Source: Camelus dromedarius (Eukaryota). From it: a stretch of DNA of 64,000 bases. Both the position numbers and the translations under genes were made by a program. This document shows positions 55,063-64,000 of this stretch, piece by piece. The notes under the pieces are model-generated. The model searched no databases. It saw nothing but the letters and a program-made list of their open reading frames with translations, and was not told where the DNA came from. Where the stretch lies: contig NC_087436.1 of assembly GCF_036321535.1 (NCBI RefSeq), positions 51,152,001-51,216,000 of the forward strand. The letters run 5' to 3'. The stretch's first letter is position 1; every line of letters begins with the position of its first letter.

Positions 55063-58000
55063 GCAATTTATAGCCAAGATTTATATTAATGAAGGTTTCC
55101 AGATTAACTGAGGAGAGCAGGGATTTCATGGAAGTTTGCAGAGAACAAAACCAAATGGCAAGTTTGAATAAAGGCTGTGAAGGCAGTTGAATCGAATTCT
55201 GGGGTTGATTTGCTTTCCCTGCAGATCAAATCTCTCAGTGTCAGGGGTGGTTAGAAGAGACGCTGGTGCACCAAGTCCTGTGCGACAGGCAGCTCTGTCC
55301 TCAGGGGCATCACAGAGGAACGCAGAAGAAAATGGCCGGGGACCGGGGTGGGGTGGAGGGGTGCTATGCTTCCAGCTGTAAATAGAGAAAACCTCGAGTC
55401 TTTATTTAGTGGACTCTTCTTGATAATATGTCTTTGTTCAAAAGCATTGCCCAGCATGGAGTAATGAATGAGAATGATCGGTCAGCTTCCAGAATAACAA
55501 GTTTATCTGAGGACAGAGAACTCATATATAGGGAGGGGGAAGAAAAATTTGAAAGAACTTTCAAGGAAGAGGAGATTGGAGGTTCTGCTCTGACAGCTGA
55601 AATAATGGCCAGGAAGAGAGGTCTGGAGGGCATTTGAAATGATGCTGTTTGTGTGCTGAATAACTCCTTCCTTGGTGTTTTCAAATAGGCTCGAGTAAAG
55701 AATATGTAAGTTTTCAATGCTCTGAAGTTAGATATAGCTACTTTTGGAGGGATTACTGTGCTGCAATGGGCTATAAGGAGAGGAAAGGCCAGATTTAATA
55801 AACAGATACAGAAGAAGACTAGAAAAGTGAGTTATTTCAAGGAGTTTGCCGTTGAAGGGGAAAAAATGAGGAAGAACAGCAGTTCAGTAGAGTATCAGGA
55901 TTCAGGATTTTGTTAATCGAAGGGAGGTTTCGGACAGAGAGAAAGGCTGAGTGGACAGAGAGAGGCTGAGGATGCAGGAGAGAGTGGAAGTCAGGTCAGC
56001 AGTCGGATGGAACAAATTCCCAGACAAGAAACTAAAAGGGAATTAGAACTCTGGTGGAGCCGCTGATCCCCAAAAGGAAGACAAGGTGGAGAAAGTGCTT
56101 GTGGGTGGAGGGGAGGGCGTGGGTGTCGGACAGCCTCCACCTCAGGCAGGAGGAGGCGGCAGTGAAGGAGTGTGGGGGAGGGGCCGGGAGATAAGGCCTG
56201 GAAGAGGTTCTCGTTCCTCTCCGTTCCTCTCACCTAAAAGGTGACGCAAGCTGATAGCAGATTGCTGGGCAGAAAGGCAGAGTTCTCAGCCCTGGGCCTA
56301 TGTCCTCCCTTTCAGGGATGGAAGTGTTGACCTTTTCAACTCGGACTCACAAATTCAAGCCATACTCTGTATAGGTGGGCGGTGGAGACAGAATCCACCT
56401 GGGTAGAACCCCACTGCTGCAGACCTGGAGAATGGCATGCCTGCTACCTTTGGAGTGTTCTGGGGACCAGGCGGTCACATATGAAGGTAGTCTGCTCCTG
56501 TGTACAGGGTTCCAGAAATAGCACTTTGCACTCCACTTCCAGAAAGCTGTCCCTGCATAGGTTTTCTTTTCTCTGAGCCATGGTCAGTGTCAGGCAGAGC
56601 GTCCTGCGTCAGGCGGAGAGCAAGCATGTTAGATTTCCATTACCTGTCACTCCTGAGTAATGAGCAGCACTGGCAGCGATGGTGGTGGTTAGGGGTGTGC
56701 GGCTGGTGGTCTGGATCATGTGCAGGGGGTGTACTCGATGTCTGACAAATATTACTCAGGTGCAGCCTTGATCAGTAGGTGTGATTTTCTCCATTTCTGA
56801 GCTGAATTTCAGAGCATTTCGGATTTATTTGAACTTACATCTGTCAAATTCTAAGTTCTTTTAACAAAGCCCAGTTACTTCCTAATGTGCATGTTTCTCA
56901 ACAATTAAAATGACTACTTTTAATGAAATCAAAATATAAATACACTTTTGTAAGAAAAAAGTCCTCCCCTTACCAAGCATCCATGTACTTGGAATTCCTT
57001 AAAGGCACGTACATCCATGTGAAAATAGTTATTGTGCTGTGTGGTGAGCACACAGGTTGCTGTGCTGAGACAGACGTGGCCCATGTTGGGGTGAGAGGTG
57101 ATGCAGGTGAGGTGGTCACAGATGCTTTCTGAGCAGGTGCTGCTTGTACCTTCAATCTGAAGGATGGGTGGGAGGTTGCTAAGTAATAAGACTGGATGAA
57201 ATGGTAACCTGGATGCAGAGACTACTTCAAATTATTATTTTTAAGCATTTGGCCATTTCTGATTCTTAAAAATTTAGGGAGTGCCCCTGTAGGACATTGT
57301 CACCTTGTAATCGTTCCCCTTAAGAAGCTGTTTGATGAAGCGTGTGAACTTTGGCAACAGAAGAGTATACAGACCCACCAATTCTTACATGCAATTTAAA
57401 GGGGTTCATGAAGCCACTGAAGTGCCTCTGCAGCCTCCCCGTTATCCCCTCTGATGTAGAAAGATGCTTGATTGAAGCAAATGAAGGCCCAGGGGTGAGA
57501 GTGGAGAGCACTGTGGTAGGTGCCTTACGGTTATGATGTTTAATTCCAACAACAGTCTTGTGACATAGGTAGTAAATCTATTTACAGATGTAATTAACTC
57601 AGTTAAGTTAAATAACTTACACAAGGTCACACAGATAATAAATGGCAGGGCTACCAATGAGATCCCCTCCAGGGTCTGGAGTCCCAACCCCATGTTCTGT
57701 CCATAGACATGATACTAATGGGAGCATGGCTCTAGTCAGTTCTGATTTCCAACAATGAACTTACAAAATGAACTTTTGGGGTGCAGCTCGTAGTGAATTG
57801 AGGATTACCTGCAGAGTGAAACATCATTAATTTTGACTCTAATCTGTCACCGCGGAGAGCCTGTGATTTGTCAGTATTTTACTCACAGGCTAGACTGTAG
57901 ACTACTTTGGCATCATCTATGAAAATTACTTTTGAAATAATTTGTCAGCAAGATGCACCTAAAGATTTTAAGTTATCTGAAGAAACATCGGGTTGTTATT

Positions 58001-58968
58001 ATGTAATTAAGATGCTACATAACTGTTACCATGCAGTGTGGCAGGTTTTCTGAAGGACCTCTATCATACCCTGTGCTTGCTGTAGGAGCTGTTTATTAGC
58101 ATGAGTTCTGGAAAGCAATAAAGGCGTATTTATCAAAACATGTTCTATACTAAATTGCTTTCACTAATCAAGCAGGACTTGTCCCTATTTAGAAGAATTA
58201 GTGAGGTTTTACTCAATTAAGCTTGATGTTCAGTTAATTTTCCCCCCATTAGTATAATGAAGAATTGCTGGGTTGTTCTGTCATGCATGCTGATTGATAA
58301 AAAATTGAGAATGAATGCCAATATATTTTTCTTTTGAAAAATAAGGAAAAAATGAAGAGGTTCAAGTAAGTTAATTCTGGGCATCAGAAAGAGTTGCTGG
58401 ATTCTATTGTGTAGAAAGCCCAGAAGCCAACCAGCATAAGCAATGGAAAAATGTAAATATATATTCTATCGCTGCTGTGTCTTTAACATCAGCCTTTTCA
58501 AGCTTTTTAAGGTTGAGTTGTAAAAGATGTCCATGTCATAGACACTGGACTTGCCAAGATAGGCCTCTTTCTTTTACTTTTACTTTTTAATCTCTGCTAT
58601 TTTCTCATTTGAAAATGTTTACTTGGTGCTATGTTCTTTACATGCTCCGACTTGCGGTTTGGGAATACTGGATCAAGACCTGGTGAGTAATTTTTACCCA
58701 GTGGATCGCATGATGGAAACCTTGCCAAAGCATGAGGTGTTTGATTGTAATAAACAAAATTCATGTCCCAGGAAGAAGTACTTGGGGAGGTAAAGTTTAT
58801 TCTGTATTCTATTTTCCATGTTATGTTTATTCTATGTATTTCAAAATAAGGATCCTAAATTAGAAAGAACACAAAGCTGAAGTATCATGCAGGTGAAGTG
58901 TGGTCTTGCCAAAATGTTTTTTGAATTTGATGCCACTACACTGTGTGGTAGAGCATTAGCAAATTGGT

Positions 58969-58992
58969 ACACACACACACACACACACACAC
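58969..58992. repeat. (CA)n microsatellite
   Basis: Read directly. Confidence 0.95.
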
Positions 58993-61789
58993 GCCCCTAT
59001 AGGTATTTATCTGCCTACGTATTCCCTCTATTCAATTTTGTGACTGAGACAAATGTCTTGGTCACACATAACATTTTTATAACCGTCAATACTTCACTGA
59101 TAATCTTAGTGCAGAAAAAATAATTGAAGGTGTTTAAAGACCAAATTAAGTGTTCACTCTTAATAAATGAACTCTCAGGTTCCAGTCAGATCATTGATTG
59201 GGTGGTGAAATATGATTTTACTGTATGCTTGCTTTCTAGATAGGGGATTTCAGTTCCTTTCTGAGGCTCTCAGTGCCATTAAGTTAATGACTCTTCATTT
59301 ATGTTAATTAAGTGGTGACTGTCTCCTGTCTTTAACTTTGTTCACCGTGTTGATCAGCGGTCCAGTTTATTCAGATCTATTGTAAGTTTTGAGTTCTTAG
59401 CAGTCACAAGGAGAGAGCCCAATTTTTTAAAAGTGGTTTTCTGCTTTGCTTTTTATTTCTGTCATCAGGTATCAGAACATTAAAAGTGAAAAAAAAAAAA
59501 AAGAGCAAACTTGGTTGAATCTTCTACTTAGGAATACCAGATTGCTTAATGAGCATGGTTTTATTAAACCTTTATAGCAATCTACTGAAGGCAGATTAAA
59601 GAAAAAAATTCAAAAGCTAAGAAAACACCATTAAAGATTACCTCTGAAAGTTCAGTAAACCTGAAGGTTGAGGTCTCTGGTCTGATGCTTTTTAGTTCAT
59701 CTACTTTTATTACTATGTTATAAAATACATATCAGAAAAACTGAAGTGGGGGATCGTCAACAATTTTCTAGGCTGCAAAACAAATACTTAAATCTAGAGA
59801 TTGTTTTACATTTGGAAAGTAAAATTGCAAAAACTCTTTACTGGGAAAGCATGACTTTTGCAGAAAATTTCTCTGGATTCTTGATGGTTTTCATGACTTT
59901 GATCAAAATTTCAGTCATGCAAGTTATATATTAAAGCAATAAAGGCAATCTTAAGTTGAGTCTTCTTTTGTGGTAAGAGTTCATGTTCTGAATGACATCT
60001 TGGTCTGTAGGTCAAATTAGTGAAGCCATATTAACGGGTGGGAGGATGGTATTCAGTTTTTTGTTCTGTTGTTCATTCAATTGTCATGTATCCTGTGATC
60101 ACCTGCTCAATCCTGTCTTTGTTCTACACACGGGAGATATTGTGGCAAATTAGAAAATGTTTCTGATCTTGGGCTCTCTTTGTCCCAGTGGACGTGCAGT
60201 GCAGCATTTTAGGGTTACAGATGCTGTGCAGGGAACTAGAACGTGAGGATGTGAGCATGTCTGGGTAGTTACTTTAGTTTGAGTGATCGGGGTGTATTTA
60301 AGCTGCAATCTGAACTGTAGGAAGCTGCTATCTAAGCAAAGATCAAGGAGGAGAACGTCGTGGCCGTGGAAACAGCAGCACAAAGTCTTTAGGGTGGGAA
60401 AGAGTCTGGTAGGGTTTAGGGATTGAAAGAAGGTCGGAGTAGCTTGGGCATAGTGGATGCCTGTATGAAATGACATTGCAGAAAATTCTTTCCTTAAAAT
60501 AAGTGTTACTATGCTCTAACCTTTAAATAAGTATCAATAATCTCAAATAAGCCTCTCATTCTAAAATTAAATTTTACTAAATGTAACAAACTCAGGAAGG
60601 GACAGTCAAAAACAACTGTATCTTTTCTATCCATATTGTGGTCTGTAGACAACAGATTATATGGAGTAGATTTGAAAGCCTAGGATGGTGTTTTTTCCCC
60701 TCAAGGATTGGAGGTATTATTTTAAGTGTGTCTGAAGTGTTAGCAAACCCCAGAACATCAGCTTAGTGTTTGCTCCTCAAAACCACAGGAACTAGAATCA
60801 GTGGCACCTTCAAGGATGGAGACTGGAAACAGGAATGAAATAACCCAGTATTATAGCAATACACTGCTGAACTCTGAATTTCTTATCTGAAAAAACTCAG
60901 GTCTCTTAAGCAGCCTTCTCTGCCTTTCCTTGCTTGGGCTTAGGAGCCCAGCCATCTGGGGTCAGTGACTTTTCCGTCTCTAGCTGTGTGGCTTCGGTCA
61001 AGCTCTTCCCTCTACTGCCCACATTGCTTCATCTGTGATTGGATGTTAGAGGCTTAGGAGAGTCCCTTGCAAGTGGGAAGCACTCAGCAGTGTTAGTTGC
61101 TACTATTCTTATTTTTATGGCCTCTTCCTCCAACAGTCTTCTGAAAAACGTGGAAGTCTCATCAGGTTAGATGCAAGATGTCTGCTGATAAAACTCTTCT
61201 GCCCCTTGGTGGTCACTGGGATGGAGGTGGAGGCACTGACAGCTGCTGACTAGAATGTGACCTTGGCATTCCACTCCTCCCTTCAGCTCAGCAAAACAAG
61301 TCCCCTCTCCGCGTGATTTATTTAAAAGAAGTGTTTACTGAACACCTACTAATTTTAAGCTCTGGGTTGAAATGAAAAAAAAACAAAAAAACAAAAAAAC
61401 AAAAAACCTGTCTTCCAGGAACTTTTGATCTGGCTCCATGACCTTAAAGAATTGGTGAGAAAACAAAGAAAGAACAACAAAAATGCTTCCGCACTTTCAG
61501 AGGGTTTTTTTTTTTATGTAGATGATCCAACTTGGAATTGATTAATGACCATTTTTCTATGCACATACTTCCCACGTTGTGTAAATGCCTTTATGTTTGC
61601 TCTCTGGAAAGACTGAAATAGATGCTTCGTGTGACAATGATTTGTGAACCTGTCAGGAAAGAAAAAGTACTTTTACTATATCTGCACTTTCATTTATTCA
61701 GACAACGAATGTTCAGAGTCCCTGCAGTGCTAGATACTGGATGAACAGGAGTGAGTAAGAGAAAATAAAACCCCATGTTTCCCAGGGAT

Positions 61790-61935
61790 CCCGGGTGTAG
61801 TTTGTTTAAATCCCGTCTCTGCTTCTTTCTACAGGAATGACTTTGGGCAAGTTACTTAATGCCTTAATACCTCAGTTTCCTCATCTGTTAAATGGGAGCT
61901 AATAGCCACATAGGATTGTTGTGAAGATGAAATGA
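61790..61935 (+). mobile_element. MIR core
   Basis: tgactttgggcaagttacttaat...cctcagtttcctcatctgttaaatggg...ggattgttgtgaagatgaaatga. Confidence 0.75.
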
Positions 61936-63314
61936 CTTGTCTTGTTTTTGTCTGGGCTCACTGAGTATATCCTGTGTCTGCCATGCTCAATTCGCCACAA
62001 TCAAATTTCTTTTCTTAAACTGGTGAGCAGATCTTCACAGTGTCACAGTGACATTGTTAAGAGGGAGTGAAGTCCTGGAACCCTTACCCCTGTATGGTTC
62101 TCACCCCTCACTCTCCACATGCAAAGCAGAGATGACCTCTGTTTTTCTGAACCACTGGAGTGTAGACCAGGGTTGGTTGCCTCTTCGGAGAACCCGCTTC
62201 GCTCTCTAACCCGCTGTCACTCACTTTCTTCTCTGCTGGGAGGTTGCTCATTTCTTCACATCCCCACAGTGGTCCTAACTGCCTCTTCTGTCACGGTGGC
62301 TGCAGTTGCTCCTGTCATCAGTCATCCCTTGCTTCTTAGCATTTTTCCTGAGTTTCTTGCCTTAAAGAGGGTTGCGTTCCTAGATCTCTGAGGATCAGAG
62401 AGCATACCCTCATCTTTTGCAGGGCCAGTCAGTCAGTCGCTTGTAATACCTTGGCTGGGCTCTTCTATATTTCAGTTCTTTCACATAATTCATGTCAAAT
62501 GGTAATTACCCCACAGGCAGCTGCTGCATGGGGTGGGTTCCTCTACTGCACCTCGTCCTACCCCTGTTTCCTCATCTGAATTATTCTGGAAGATGATGCT
62601 GAGCAGGGTAGATATTTCTGATTTTGGGGAACACGATATTGCAGAAGCCCGGCAACAAATTTCTCCAACTTACATTAAAACTTAACCAATTTCCTGGTGC
62701 CTTCTGACTCCCTTTGAGAGACTTCTCAGTAACAATGAGAGTTGCCTGGGCTGGGGAGTACATTATGCAAGCTTTTTATGAGAAATGATACCCTGCTTCC
62801 CGAATGTATCAGAGCATTAATGCCTTCCTCATCTGTAGTAACAGTAGGCATCCTTTCAGAGTGGCATAAGTAGTCCATTAGGATAACTGTAGATACTTAA
62901 TTAGGATATACTTCAAATTCCATTGGCAAAATGGTCGCATACTTTCTTGAAAACCCCTCGGATTTCTCCTAAATTATTTTTTTAAGACAGTCAAATGATA
63001 TGGTCCCAAACTAAAAATGCAAGACAGTTTCAACTCCTGAAGATTTAAACAACTTCACTCACATTTCACAGAAGAGATAGAAGGAAAGGAAAGAATTTTC
63101 AAGGTTTCTGGAAACTTTTATTTTCTTGCTAATGGTTCTTTTCATTGGCAAAGAGAGTTTTGAAAATAGTTACGAAGTTTTCCTGAAACCAAATGTCTAG
63201 AGACTAAATGCATTTGAATTATATTTGGTTATATCATTAAAAATAAGTTTAATTTCTCCTTTCTCCTATGAAGCTTGATTTTGGTTGTAGTTAGGTGAGA
63301 CTGACTTTTCAGGG

Positions 63315-63960
63315 CTAGAGGAAGGACAAAGATACCGCCTTATGTTGGGAAGGATCCAGTGTAATCATCCTGCTGCAACATATGGCCAACTGGACCATCT
63401 TGACCCTTTGGGCAATGATGTCTTTTGGGGGGCTCAGGATTGACCTTGGCTTTTGACAGGTTGGGGCTTCTTCAGTGTTGATAAGCCAGATCACCCTTGG
63501 TAGAAAAAGAGAATCCTGAATCCATGAATAGTCTCCATCCCCACTCCTCTGACCTCTTTGTATATGGGCCATTAAGCAAACATTGGGATGGCTAATGAAA
63601 GACACCAAGTGACATTTATAGTTGGGTCTTCTTGCTTCCTTTGTTATTGAGGTATCCTTGGTGATAGCTTCTTATGGAACTTAATGGAACAGAGTTATCT
63701 TCACACTCTGTGCCTTTTGACATGTGATCCATTTGTGTATTTTTTCCCAGATCTCTTTTCTACCAATTTCTAATTTTGTTTTTTGGAAGTCTCTGACCAT
63801 CTGGCTGACTTTTTTAGCACCCATTCATGAGTTAGTGTAGATGTATATCTCAGGCCATCACTTCTACGTGAAGTTCAACACTACACTCAAACGTTCTGCC
63901 CCCCTGGATGATTTATCTTTATCATTATGCTTTAAGTTCACTGTGAGTAGGATTGTATAG
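63315..63960 (-). mobile_element. Decayed ERVL-family pol fragment (RNase H to integrase N-terminus)
   Basis: Minus-strand peptides WPEIYIYTNS*, EIGRKEIW, MAHIQRGQRSGDGDYSWIQ, APTCQKPRSILSP and QDDYTGSFP are collinear with recalled ERVL pol motifs WPEVRIYTDSW, KIGDKEIW, WAHEQSGHGGRDGGYAWAQ, CPICQQQRPTLSP and QVDYIGPLP. Stops and frameshifts present. Confidence 0.8.
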
Positions 63961-64000
63961 CGGGCTGGTGCTGTTCACAGCTGGCTGTGGGAAGCTCCCC

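Noticed and set aside
62400..62830. Possible continuation of the ERV internal sequence
   Set aside because: Minus-strand reading gave no convincing pol or gag motif.

Overview
Mammalian genomic DNA, very probably camelid (camel, alpaca or llama), judged from tRNA-derived Vic-1-like SINEs. The window holds the 5' part of SLC39A8 (ZIP8, a LIV-1 subfamily Zn/Mn/Fe/Cd transporter) on the + strand. There is a CpG-island promoter (~11.2-12.7 kb) with candidate non-coding first exons, then five coding exons: 12209-12427, 35185-35347, 41064-41233, 43664-43786 and 44312-44479. These total 843 nt (281 codons), splice in frame, and all junctions are GT-AG. I did not find the exons encoding the C-terminal half (TM4-8, EEXPHE motif), so they presumably lie beyond the right edge. 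The rest is upstream and intronic DNA rich in L1 3' fragments, SINEs, LTRs, MIR/L2, DNA-transposon relics, microsatellites and a decayed ERVL pol segment at the right end. I see no evidence of a new multi-gene system. The best leads are regulatory (a 31-codon uORF, several first-exon donors, a G4/hairpin promoter element, an intronic MRE/E-box/NRF1 cluster) and retrotransposon-related (5'-inverted L1s, one apparently replacing part of an LTR). Repeat family names and comparisons to human or mouse ZIP8 are from recall, not database searches. Exon numbers assume human-like numbering.
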